Shown: in pieces, positions 8,705-17,955 of the stretch
Layout of the letters: every line of letters starts with the position of its first letter
Position numbering within the stretch: position 1 is the stretch's first letter
Assembly (NCBI GenBank): GCA_964512445.1
Contig: CAZEGS010000001.1
Span: 4,673 to 68,672, forward strand
DNA: 64,000 bases
Source of the DNA: an uncultured Candidatus Bathyarchaeia archaeon
GTDB lineage: Archaea > Thermoproteota > Bathyarchaeia > Bathyarchaeales > DTEX01
Direction of reading: 5' to 3'
Translations under genes and position numbers: made by a program
The notes under the pieces: model-generated
Told to the model about the DNA's origin: nothing
Databases searched by the model: none
Seen by the model: the letters and a program-made list of their open reading frames with translations, nothing else

Positions 8705-10054
8705 TTATTTATAGTGTTTCTTCATCTCCCTATTGAATGGAAGATTCAGAATGTCATCTAGGAGTTTTACGGCTTGCTCTTCGGATCTTGTCCATGGATC
8801 CATCATTATGAGTCCTAGTAAAAGTTCTTTGCTTCCAATCTCGTAGGCTTCCAGTTCTGTTTCGACTGGTGCAACTCTATCTCTCAGAATATGCGCAATT
8901 AAAGGTTTAGGTAATCCGTCGGTAGCTATGCCTTGAATCCCCCTTTTACTCACGAGTGCGGGGACCTCAACCTCGAAATCCTCTGGAACGCCTGGAAGAA
9001 GCTTGCCACTATTCATTATGTTAACCTGAAAAATTCTAGGTATATCGCAGGCTATAGATTCGATTATGTCTATTATGCTCTCTCCAGATTTCTGAGGTGG
9101 ATACATGCTTGTGGCTTTTACAGAAGATTGGGCAATCTTAATTAGTTCTGCAACTGGGTCTCTTCGTGGAGGATTTAACACGAAGCTCCACCATCTCTTC
9201 GGATCCTCTTTCCATCTCTTTTCAGTTTCGTCGTCTATGTGGTACCACCATGGCCATGCTCCCCCTCCGGGAGTGCATGTATCACCTATCGGGAAGACGC
9301 CGAATCTCTTGTATAAGTCTACGGCTTTCGGTCCTAAGCCGCTGCTGGGAGGAATAGTCTCCCAATATTTTGGAGCTTCCCTCTCAATCCACCTGTCTAG
9401 AAGCGGGTATGCGTCTTCACCATTATAGTAGAAATGCGTCAACCATATGAAGTGATTCACTCCTGGAACAAGGTATGTCATGCGCTCAGCATTAAGTCCT
9501 AAAACGTTAGCGATGCTGAATACTCCTCGGTATCCATGGCATAAACCAACAAACTTAAGCTTCGGATATTTTCGTCCTATCCATGTAACGCCAGCTAATA
9601 CGGGATTAGCAACTTTAAGATACCATGCATCTGGACATATATCCAATATATCGTTCACTATGGACTCGAAAAGCTTGAATTGATGAAAGTTTATCCAGAA
9701 CCCTTCGTCATGCATTATGTGATAGCTGCCGCCGAATCTATATCCGTGTTTAAATCCTATGTTCCAGCCTGCCCTGTATCCGCCGTAGCCGACAACCATA
9801 GCGGTGTTTATAACGAAGTCGGCGTCCTTTAGCGATTTTCTTCTATCCATAGTCTTCTCAAGATTCAGCTTAATCTTCATTTCCATAGCATATTTTCTGC
9901 AGAATGCATATACAGCATCCAGTCTCTCCTTATTTATGTCCATGAAGCTGACAGTGCTGCCTTCAAGATTAGGTGTGAGGCATAGATCCCTGATAAGCCT
10001 GACGGAGAAGGAAGCGCTACCAGCACCTATAATGCTAATCTTAACATCATCCAC
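8705..10054 (-). CDS. glycoside hydrolase family 4 (NAD/Mn-dependent alpha-glucosidase/galactosidase-like)
   Basis: 449 aa. N-terminal Rossmann motif KISIIGAGSASF, the GLCHG motif and overall GH4 length. Confidence 0.85.
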   Translation of the reverse strand: MDDVKISIIGAGSASFSVRLIRDLCLTPNLEGSTVSFMDINKERLDAVYAFCRKYAMEMKIKLNLEKTMDRRKSLKDADFVINTAMVVGYGGYRAGWNIGFKHGYRFGGSYHIMHDEGFWINFHQFKLFESIVNDILDICPDAWYLKVANPVLAGVTWIGRKYPKLKFVGLCHGYRGVFSIANVLGLNAERMTYLVPGVNHFIWLTHFYYNGEDAYPLLDRWIEREAPKYWETIPPSSGLGPKAVDLYKRFGVFPIGDTCTPGGGAWPWWYHIDDETEKRWKEDPKRWWSFVLNPPRRDPVAELIKIAQSSVKATSMYPPQKSGESIIDIIESIACDIPRIFQVNIMNSGKLLPGVPEDFEVEVPALVSKRGIQGIATDGLPKPLIAHILRDRVAPVETELEAYEIGSKELLLGLIMMDPWTRSEEQAVKLLDDILNLPFNREMKKHYK

Positions 10055-10277
10055 CTCAAATCACTATTGAAATACTTATGCTACTTTTACTTTTAATCCC
10101 CTTTCTCGCTGATTTCCATGCAGACCCAATTAACTGAATAACCTTTAATTCGCATATTTGAGGAGAACCATTCTCTTCTCTATCCTTTAAAAGCAGATAT
10201 CGCGAGAAAAATGCAAATTATTAAAAACTTTAGGAAGATAAGTTACTGACTGGTTATGTTGAGGTAGGGGTTAAGAG

Positions 10278-11513
10278 ATGATTGACAAGCCTAAAGTTGT
10301 AATCTTGAGATGCAGATTTGACTCAGAGGATAGGGAAGTTGAAAAGAAAGTCTCGGAAGCCATAGATCTCCTCGGCTGCTTACCTAAAAAATTCGAATCT
10401 GCCTCGAGGATTCTTGTGAAGCCTAATCTTGGCTATAGTGATACTCGGAGGTATAAGGATAGGCTGATCGCCCTGACTGAACCTTGCATAGTTAGAGCTA
10501 TCCTAAGAGAAATCAGAGAGATTAACGATAACGAGATAGTTATTTCGGACGGTCCGCCTCGATCGTCGCTTCAAAAACTAGTTGAGGAGACAGGATATAA
10601 CCCGTTGATCAAAGAGTTTAGAGTAAATGTTCTTGATTCGAATGAACGCCCATACAGGAGAGTGGATGTTCCAGGTGGAGGAACAATAATGAAGCATTAT
10701 CTACTAAATAGGGAAATCTCTGAAGCTGACGTTACGGTCTCGGTGGCGAAGATGAAAGTTCATCTCTTCGCCGGAGTCTCGCTCTGCATGAAGAATCTCT
10801 TCGGCTTCCCCCCAGTAGACGTGTATGGCGAACCTAGATTCTATCTGCATTATCCCTTTAGGCTTCCTAGATGCCTAGTTGATTTAACGGCTATCTTCAA
10901 TCCAATCCTATGCGTGATTGATGGGCTTATAGGCGAAGATTTACAGGAGTGGCATGGCCCACCCGTTGAAAGCAACGTTATTATTGTTGGTGATAACCCC
11001 GTCGCAGTTGATGCTGTTGGAACAGCGGTGATGGGCTTCAGTCCTACAAGCGAATTTCCGGAAGAACCATTCCTCCAAGACGTGAGCCACCTGAATATTG
11101 CGAGCTCATACGGATTAGGTCCAAACGACCTTAAAAATATTGAAGTTCTAGGCGATCTAGATCTTCTAGACTCGAAGCAGAGGCTTTTCCATAAGAAATA
11201 TGCATCTGGAAGGCCTCCGGAAGACCATTTAAGAATGCGGAAGTACATTAGTGAGCAGGCTAAGCTCTATAAAAAAATGCTACCTGAACTGTTGAAGAAG
11301 TATAGGGACAGATATGTCGGGATACTCGACGGAAGAGTTGTCTTTTCAGCCTATAATATAAAAGAGTTGAGAGAGAAGTTCAACAAGATATTCAGGGAGA
11401 CAATGACCTTCAGAGGAAAAGTTAGAGGAGCAGCATTCAAGATGCCCTTCATAAAGAAGGTTTTACCGGATGATGAAGATCCGGAAATTTTGGAAGCGTA
11501 TGAGGAGATATGA
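10278..11513 (+). CDS. DUF362 domain protein with extra C-terminal module
   Basis: ILVKPNLG and KMKVHLFAGVSLCMKNLFG are hallmarks of DUF362. About 100 aa of extra C-terminus contains YVGILDGRVVFSAYNIKELREKF. Confidence 0.75.
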   Translation: MIDKPKVVILRCRFDSEDREVEKKVSEAIDLLGCLPKKFESASRILVKPNLGYSDTRRYKDRLIALTEPCIVRAILREIREINDNEIVISDGPPRSSLQKLVEETGYNPLIKEFRVNVLDSNERPYRRVDVPGGGTIMKHYLLNREISEADVTVSVAKMKVHLFAGVSLCMKNLFGFPPVDVYGEPRFYLHYPFRLPRCLVDLTAIFNPILCVIDGLIGEDLQEWHGPPVESNVIIVGDNPVAVDAVGTAVMGFSPTSEFPEEPFLQDVSHLNIASSYGLGPNDLKNIEVLGDLDLLDSKQRLFHKKYASGRPPEDHLRMRKYISEQAKLYKKMLPELLKKYRDRYVGILDGRVVFSAYNIKELREKFNKIFRETMTFRGKVRGAAFKMPFIKKVLPDDEDPEILEAYEEI

Positions 11514-11644
11514 ATCTTTCATGCTTTTATGATTATTGAGGCTTAGAGGAGGTAATCGTAGGATTCTTGTCTTTCACGATTATTTTTGATGTAGACCTGC
11601 AGATAGATGGAAGAATACGTGATGAAGATTCTTTATAATTTAGC

Positions 11645-12271
11645 TTAGGGTTTGATTATTTCGATCCATCTGCCGGGGCATCCCTTAATTATTTTGAATC
11701 GCGAGATTCCAGCCTTTTTAAGCCATTCATGTAGTCTCCATCTTTCTGGAGGTGAATATTTTCTACCTCTGGGACTGTTAAAGAAATCCTTTATTCTTTT
11801 TTCAAGATTCTTTCTTAATTTTTCGGGTAAGTTCTTAGGTAGGCCTCCTCCTATGAAGGCTAAGCCGTTTGCAGCCAGCGCTCTATAGATCTCCTTAAAC
11901 GCTTTTATTCGATCCTTCCAGAATGGGATGGATCCCCTACTGACTATAAGGTTTAGAGAATTCTGTCTAAATGGCAGATTATGTACGTCAGCCTGGATGG
12001 CAGAGACCCTCTCCCTAACTCTGAAATGCTCAGCATTCCTTAAACCGCCTATTAAAAGATTCTTTTCACTATCCAAAAGTAGAACTTCAAGTCGAGTTAT
12101 CTTCGCGATCTCTATTCCTAGCATGCCGACGCCGCTTCCAACATCAAGGCATAATCCATCTTTGACTTTGCGGCTTTCAGTTATTTGTTGTGCTAAAGTC
12201 TGATACACTATTGTTGGGAAAAGCGGGGGATAAGGTATATCGGATTCGCTAGAGGTTTTTGGGGGGCTCAT
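11645..12271 (-). CDS. class I SAM-dependent methyltransferase
   Basis: Motif I CLDVGSGVGMLG, and motif post-I and II spacing typical of a Rossmann-fold methyltransferase. Confidence 0.8.
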   Translation of the reverse strand: MSPPKTSSESDIPYPPLFPTIVYQTLAQQITESRKVKDGLCLDVGSGVGMLGIEIAKITRLEVLLLDSEKNLLIGGLRNAEHFRVRERVSAIQADVHNLPFRQNSLNLIVSRGSIPFWKDRIKAFKEIYRALAANGLAFIGGGLPKNLPEKLRKNLEKRIKDFFNSPRGRKYSPPERWRLHEWLKKAGISRFKIIKGCPGRWIEIIKP

Positions 12272-12499
12272 AGTATGAGCTCCGCGGCTTTTTCATGCTT
12301 AGTTTGGGTTTATATATTTATGCTAAAAACTTTTTGGATGACGAAATGTTGATTGGATAGAGTGATCTGAGATTTGTAACGGTTACCGCTGGTGTTTGCT
12401 TGAGGAGGACGGGAAAGATGCGCTTTCTTGTGCTCGGAAAAAATTTCTTTAAATAGTTTATATAGTCTTTAGAGAATGTTCTTTTCTGCATCAGGGATG

Positions 12500-13300
12500 T
12501 TATGATGGATAAATGCTGGAGATGAGTGCTATTGCGCCGATTATTATGCAGAATTTCCATAAATTGATTTTTTGCGCGATTTTAAGCAGTATGCTTATTG
12601 AGAGAATTCCGGCTATAAAGGAGAAGAGGCAGCCTATAACTATTTCCCAAAATTGGAAGGTTGGGAATCCCTCTGTTAGGCCTAAACCGATCTCTGCTGC
12701 TAGAATTGCAGGTACACTCATGATGAATGAAAGGGTCAGTGCTGACTCGCTGTTAAACTCTCTGAAGATAAAGAATGAGAGAGTCATTCCAGATCGGGAG
12801 ATTCCTGGGAATGCTGAGAGTCCTTGAACTATTCCGAGAAGCAAACTGTCCTTAATGTTAATATCGTTGACGGTTCGTCTTCCAAGTTTTCGGATACGTT
12901 TCTGAAGGATCCCTGTGAGTATTAAAGAGACTCCAATCAATGCGAAGAAGAAGGAACCGACCGTTGCTGCTGCCTCTGCGAATTTGAAGATGGGATAGCC
13001 TATTATGCCTGTTAGAATCGTAGATACTATGAGAAATGTGATTAATCGGTTCTCCTTCTTATCTGATCCGCCAACCCTATATTTTGGAAATGCCTTCAGA
13101 AGGCTCCAAAAAATTTTTCGAAGATAAACTAGGACGGAGAGAAGAGTCCCTGCATGTAGATAAACTGAAAGCCTCAGCGCTTCGATCTCGTTCATTCCGA
13201 AGATTGAAACCATAAATAGGATTATGTTTCCTTGGCTTGAGATTGGAAGCCACTCTAGCAGTCCTTGAAGAATACCCATTATTATTACTTCAAGCAGCAT
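12500..13300 (-). CDS. uppP: undecaprenyl-diphosphatase (UppP/BacA family)
   Basis: LLEWLPISSQGNII (ExxxE-type motif region) and FPGISRSGMTLS (PGxSRSG motif). Polytopic membrane protein of 266 aa. Confidence 0.85.
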   Translation of the reverse strand: MLLEVIIMGILQGLLEWLPISSQGNIILFMVSIFGMNEIEALRLSVYLHAGTLLSVLVYLRKIFWSLLKAFPKYRVGGSDKKENRLITFLIVSTILTGIIGYPIFKFAEAAATVGSFFFALIGVSLILTGILQKRIRKLGRRTVNDINIKDSLLLGIVQGLSAFPGISRSGMTLSFFIFREFNSESALTLSFIMSVPAILAAEIGLGLTEGFPTFQFWEIVIGCLFSFIAGILSISILLKIAQKINLWKFCIIIGAIALISSIYPS

Positions 13301-13436
13301 TATGTTTCGGTTTATAGAAAATGTAGGATCTAGATAAAAGAATCGATGCGTCCCTCAATCCTTTAGTCCTGTAGCCGCATCTATTCAGCGAAAGATCTAT
13401 TACGTCTTAAAGGGAAGTAAAAGGCTGGATGCTCAA

Positions 13437-14063
13437 ATGAATAGAACCTTCATAAGGGTGCTTCGCCATCCGAAACTGGAGAATCCTATATTAATCGCTG
13501 GTTTTCCAGGTATTGGAGACATAGGAAACATAGTAATCAGAATGTTTATTGAATTTCATCAGGCTGAACTCTTCGCGGAACTATATTCTCCTGCATTTCA
13601 AGACTTCGTCTTCATCGACGAGAAGGGAATATGCCGCCCGCCACGATATGAATTTTACAAGATAGAGAAGAGTCGAGACTTTGTTGTTTTGACTGGAGAC
13701 AGCTATCCAGCTTTTGATGATATCCCAGGTCATTATGAAGTATGCAGTGAAATTCTAGATTTTATCGAAGAACTCGGCTGTAAATCGATAATAGCCATAG
13801 ATGGAGCTGCTATGCCATTATCTTACGAGGAGATTTATGTAGCTGCAACATCAAAAGAAGCAGCCTCGGAGTATGTTAGGAAAGGCGCTAAATTATTTAG
13901 GAACAGGAGAATTCTGGGATTATCTGGATTAATTCTAGGCTTGGCTGAGAAACGTGGATTAACGGGAGCATGCCTGCTCGCCTCAACTCCCGGGTATAGT
14001 AGAGATCGAAAAGCAGCATTTAGAGTCTACAAGTTCTTAGAAGATTTTCTTAAAGATGCCTAA
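13437..14063 (+). CDS. PAC2 family (proteasome assembly chaperone-like) protein
   Basis: 208 aa. The N-terminal ILIAGFPGIGDIGNIV motif is characteristic of archaeal PAC2/PbaA-B proteins. Confidence 0.7.
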   Translation: MNRTFIRVLRHPKLENPILIAGFPGIGDIGNIVIRMFIEFHQAELFAELYSPAFQDFVFIDEKGICRPPRYEFYKIEKSRDFVVLTGDSYPAFDDIPGHYEVCSEILDFIEELGCKSIIAIDGAAMPLSYEEIYVAATSKEAASEYVRKGAKLFRNRRILGLSGLILGLAEKRGLTGACLLASTPGYSRDRKAAFRVYKFLEDFLKDA

Positions 14064-14158
14064 TTACTCTGAGATGCGGATTATAGAAACCTCCTCCTTT
14101 ATTTTTCCCAGAAATCTTAAGAACTTTTGATTCGTATGAGGAGATAGAGGTGATCCGG

Positions 14159-15121
14159 ATGTTAGACCTTGTAACTATGGGCGAGGTTATGGTTCAGTTT
14201 AATGCATGTACAAATGGACCGCTAAGGCATGTGGTTTACTTTGAAAAGCATGCGGCAGGGGCAGAGGCAAACTTTGCCATTGGAATGAGCAGATTAGGCT
14301 TTAAAGCTGGCTTTATCACTCGAGTAAGCAACGATGAGTTCGGTAAGTATGTCCTGAACTTATTGAGAAGCGAGGGCTTAGATGTTTCCAGAGTAAAGAT
14401 CGATCCTGAGGCTCGAAACGGCGTTTACTTCATACAGAGAAACTATCCAATACCGGGAAGAAGCAGCGTTATATACTATAGAAAAGGCTCAGCAGCCAGC
14501 AGAATGTCAGTTGACGATATAGATCCAGACTACATAAGACAGGCAAGGCTATTCCATCTCACAGGAATTACCCCCGCTTTAAGCGAAAGTTGTAAGGAAG
14601 CTAGCTTAAAAGCGTTAGAGATCGCTTCTCAATCCGGCGTTAAAATCTCTATAGATACGAACATAAGATTGGGCCTATGGAGCAAGGAAGAGGCGAAGGA
14701 GACCTTGATTCCGATGCTCAAGAAGGCAAACATAGTGCTCATTGAACCTCAGGACGCAGAGATCCTTCTCGGAAAGAGAGAACCGAAGGAAATAGCTGAT
14801 GAGATCCTCTCTATGGGAGCGGAGACCGTAGCGGTTAAGTTAGGCGCGGAGGGAGCAGCCGCATATACCAGAGATGAAGAAGCAAAGAAGCCGGCATTTA
14901 AGGTTCCAATAGTCGACGTGATCGGGGCGGGAGACGCCTTCGCCGCAGGATTCATCTCAAGCCTGATGCGGGGTAAATCTCTTCAGGAAGCCCTTGAAAT
15001 CGGAAATGCTGCTGGAGCTCTTGTAGTGACGGTTAGAGGCGATTTTGAGAATATGCCTTCTCAAGAGGATCTAGAGAAGTTCCTAGCAGCCCAGAGAAAA
15101 GAGACAGTGATCCTTAGATAA
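14159..15121 (+). CDS. PfkB-family sugar kinase (2-keto-3-deoxygluconate kinase-like)
   Basis: C-terminal VDVIGAGDAFAAGFIS (PfkB signature 2). The ATG at 14159 follows GAGGTGAT. The track start is GTG at 14150. Confidence 0.85.
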   Translation: MLDLVTMGEVMVQFNACTNGPLRHVVYFEKHAAGAEANFAIGMSRLGFKAGFITRVSNDEFGKYVLNLLRSEGLDVSRVKIDPEARNGVYFIQRNYPIPGRSSVIYYRKGSAASRMSVDDIDPDYIRQARLFHLTGITPALSESCKEASLKALEIASQSGVKISIDTNIRLGLWSKEEAKETLIPMLKKANIVLIEPQDAEILLGKREPKEIADEILSMGAETVAVKLGAEGAAAYTRDEEAKKPAFKVPIVDVIGAGDAFAAGFISSLMRGKSLQEALEIGNAAGALVVTVRGDFENMPSQEDLEKFLAAQRKETVILR

Positions 15122-15395
15122 AAAGGACAAACGATATTTTCATGCCTTTCCCAACAGTTTCCAGTTTGGGAAAGCCATGGATATTTGGGAGCAACTCTGA
15201 TGGCGGATTCAGCGTCAGCATTAGTAATGGCTTAATCTTCAATAATCATTTCTTCTTGATGTTTCCAGACGATTCATGTGACGCAAAATTTTCTTAAATA
15301 TTAGGAGATTGAAACGTCGATAGGTTCTTTAAAAAGCGAAGGTTTTATCTCTGACCTTTCAGATTCTCATTCAAAGTTTCCGGAGGCTAATGTGT

Positions 15396-16286
15396 ATGAA
15401 GATTGTTGGAGGTCCAAGCTCGAAAGATCTTGCTGAAAAGATCAGTTCGCTGCTAGATGCTCCGCTGGTCACTGTGAGTACCAAGAGATTTCCTGACGGC
15501 GAATTCTACTTCAAATTTGATGAAAAAATTTCCGGCGAAGAGTTACTGGTTGTTCAGAGCTTATATCCGCCTCAAGACTCCCATCTTGTAGAGCTCTTCT
15601 TTATGCTTCACACAGCTCGGGATCTTGGAGCGAAGAGGATTGAGGTCTTCGTGCCTTACCTCGCTTATAGCCGTCAAGACAGGAGATATTTGGAGGGTGA
15701 ATGCCTCAGCTCTCGAATGGTCGCGGAGGTCCTTGAAAAATTAGGCGCTGACGCTCTTTATACAATCGATATTCACAACAGAAGAGTATTGAGCATGTAT
15801 AAGATACCGGTGTATAACCTGAGTGCTTCGGGAGAACTAGCAAAATATTTTGCAGCTAGAGGCTTAATGGACCCCATTGTTGTATCTCCCGACGATGAGG
15901 AGATCGCGATAGAAAGGGCGAAACGTGCAGCGGAGACCATCGATGCTGACTATGATTTTCTGAAGAAGAAACGAGACCGCCATACAGGTGAGATCGTAAC
16001 CTATGAAAAACGTATTAATGTTAAGGATAGAGACGCCATCATAATTGATGACATAATCAGCACAGGCAAGACCGCAGCGAATGCTGTGAAGATTCTTAGG
16101 AGACAGGGAGCTCGAAGAGTATTCGTTGGAGTCTCCCATGCTCTGATGCTGGGGGACGCAGTGAAACTTTTGAATCAGGCAGGTGTTGAGGAGATCGCTG
16201 GAACCGACAGCGTTATGAACGAGTATGCTAAAGTCTCCGTCGCTCCATTGCTGGTAAAAGCACTTAAGGAGGAATCAAGACTTTAA
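15396..16286 (+). CDS. prs: ribose-phosphate pyrophosphokinase
   Basis: The RFPDGE, YLAYSRQDR and IIIDDIISTGKT (PRPP-binding loop) motifs are present. The second ATG has better spacing from GGAGG. Confidence 0.92.
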   Translation: MKIVGGPSSKDLAEKISSLLDAPLVTVSTKRFPDGEFYFKFDEKISGEELLVVQSLYPPQDSHLVELFFMLHTARDLGAKRIEVFVPYLAYSRQDRRYLEGECLSSRMVAEVLEKLGADALYTIDIHNRRVLSMYKIPVYNLSASGELAKYFAARGLMDPIVVSPDDEEIAIERAKRAAETIDADYDFLKKKRDRHTGEIVTYEKRINVKDRDAIIIDDIISTGKTAANAVKILRRQGARRVFVGVSHALMLGDAVKLLNQAGVEEIAGTDSVMNEYAKVSVAPLLVKALKEESRL

Positions 16287-16328
16287 TTAGGAAGGCAACT
16301 AGATAAACTAGAGACGGGTGAATTATAG

Positions 16329-16847
16329 ATGGGAAAAACTGAGATTCCAACTTTCAAATTTTTGAAAGAAACAATCGAGCGGCTGGATCATCCAGGATTA
16401 TTGCTTGTCTCCGGAACATTGAAGCAAGCTAACGTTATGACTATTGGATGGGGCTTGCCTGGAATACTTTGGGCTAAGCCGTTCTTCATCGTAGCTGTAA
16501 GACCCTCAAGGTATACTCATCAATTTATCGAGAAAACCGGAGACTTTACAGTGAATGTTCCAGCTGAAGGAATGGAGGAGACAGTCAATTACTGCGGATC
16601 CGTTTCTGGAAGGGATCACAACAAATTTGAAGAGAAAGCATTAACTATTCTTCCAAGCAAACGGGTGAGCTCTCCTATCATAAAAGAATGCATAGTAAAT
16701 TATGAATGCAAGGTTGCATATAAAACACGAGTTAATAAAGAGAATTTGCCATCATCCATCCTTTCAACCTGTTATCCCGCTGGAGACTATCACACGCTAT
16801 ATTTCGGCGAGATCGTCACAGTTCATGCTGATGAGGAATTGGATTGA
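16329..16847 (+). CDS. flavin reductase-like domain protein
   Basis: 172 aa. ANVMTIGWG...FIVAVRPSRYT pattern of the FMN-binding split barrel / flavin reductase family. Confidence 0.7.
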   Translation: MGKTEIPTFKFLKETIERLDHPGLLLVSGTLKQANVMTIGWGLPGILWAKPFFIVAVRPSRYTHQFIEKTGDFTVNVPAEGMEETVNYCGSVSGRDHNKFEEKALTILPSKRVSSPIIKECIVNYECKVAYKTRVNKENLPSSILSTCYPAGDYHTLYFGEIVTVHADEELD

Positions 16848-16935
16848 CCAGAATGCCTCATTCTTCTTTGATGAGAAGACTGAGATTGCAACATATCTTT
16901 CTCAGAATAAACCCGATTGAAGGTTTAAGATTCGG

Positions 16936-17595
16936 TTGATACTGAAGATTGATATGCATGTTCACACTTCCTATTCTGATTCAAGTGGTTCAGTTGATGA
17001 AGTCCTAGAGGAAGCTCAGCGTAAGGGACTTGACGGAGTAGCAATAACGGATCATAAGACGATTAGAGGCGTGCATGAAGCGTTAAAAAAACGGGGAAAC
17101 CTCATTATAATACCCGGTCAAGAAGTTAGGACTAAACAATGCGAGATCCTTGCGCTGGGAATCAAGAAGAAAATAGAGGATGATCTGCCAGTACTGGAAA
17201 CAATAAAGAGAATTCATGCACAGCAAGGGTTAGCCGTATTGCCCCATCCAACTGTTCCTTTCTTCGGCAGCGTCGACGAGAAGATTATGAAGAGTCTACC
17301 CCTTGATGGAATAGAGGTCTTCTCGTCAATAACCCCTCTTCCATGGTATTTCTTTAGAAAAAATCTAAAATTAGCCCGTAAACTTGGAATTCCGATACTT
17401 GCTGGAAGCGATTCGCACGCGGCGGAGACTGTTGGAGACGCATACACAATAATTCGCTGCGAAGACCGGAGGGTACAGGGGATCATCCGGGCTATTAAGC
17501 TCGGACAGACTTCCATAGGGGGAGGCCCATCAAAACTTTCATTCAAATTAAGAATGATTGGAAACACTATTCCCCACATATTCTTCAAAAGCTGA
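16936..17595 (+). CDS. PHP-domain metal-dependent phosphoesterase
   Basis: IDMHVHTSYSD, GLDGVAITDH and AGSDSH histidine/aspartate motifs of the PHP fold. TTG start. Confidence 0.8.
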   Translation: MILKIDMHVHTSYSDSSGSVDEVLEEAQRKGLDGVAITDHKTIRGVHEALKKRGNLIIIPGQEVRTKQCEILALGIKKKIEDDLPVLETIKRIHAQQGLAVLPHPTVPFFGSVDEKIMKSLPLDGIEVFSSITPLPWYFFRKNLKLARKLGIPILAGSDSHAAETVGDAYTIIRCEDRRVQGIIRAIKLGQTSIGGGPSKLSFKLRMIGNTIPHIFFKS

Positions 17596-17637
17596 ACGCC
17601 ATGATCGTTTGACGATAAATCCGCATTCTCTTTAATC

Positions 17638-17907
17638 CTAAATTTCAATTAATCTTTTCTGTCCTGCCCCCGTTAATCTCCATTTGTATGGTTTTTCGTT
17701 GCTTCTAGCAACTATATGCTCCTCTTCCATAAGATGGAGATGATGTAAGACTGAGGAGTAGCTGAGCCCAGATTTTTTACTTATTAAAGCTGCGTCTAAT
17801 GAATCCTTCTCAAGAAGAGCGGCTATTTTAGTCCTAGCTGCTAGTCCAGGCTTTACATTTTTAGTGCGCAGTAAAAACGCTTTCGGATGATAATTAACCC
17901 TAGGCAT
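17638..17907 (-). CDS. ArsR-type winged-helix transcriptional regulator
   Basis: ISKKSGLSYSSVLHHLHLMEEEHIV is a canonical ArsR HTH. It lies 18 nt downstream of the DP2 stop on the same strand. The ATG at 17907 is preferred over the TTG at 17937. Confidence 0.75.
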   Translation of the reverse strand: MPRVNYHPKAFLLRTKNVKPGLAARTKIAALLEKDSLDAALISKKSGLSYSSVLHHLHLMEEEHIVARSNEKPYKWRLTGAGQKRLIEI

Positions 17908-17955
17908 TTCCCCACATAGATTTATACGCTGCAGCAAAAATCATTTTCGTTGAGG

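Noticed and set aside
12318-12560. Track ORF of 80 aa on the minus strand, downstream of and overlapping the 3' end of uppP.
   Set aside because: It overlaps the uppP 3' end and the intergenic region, has no motif and no SD, and has low-complexity composition.
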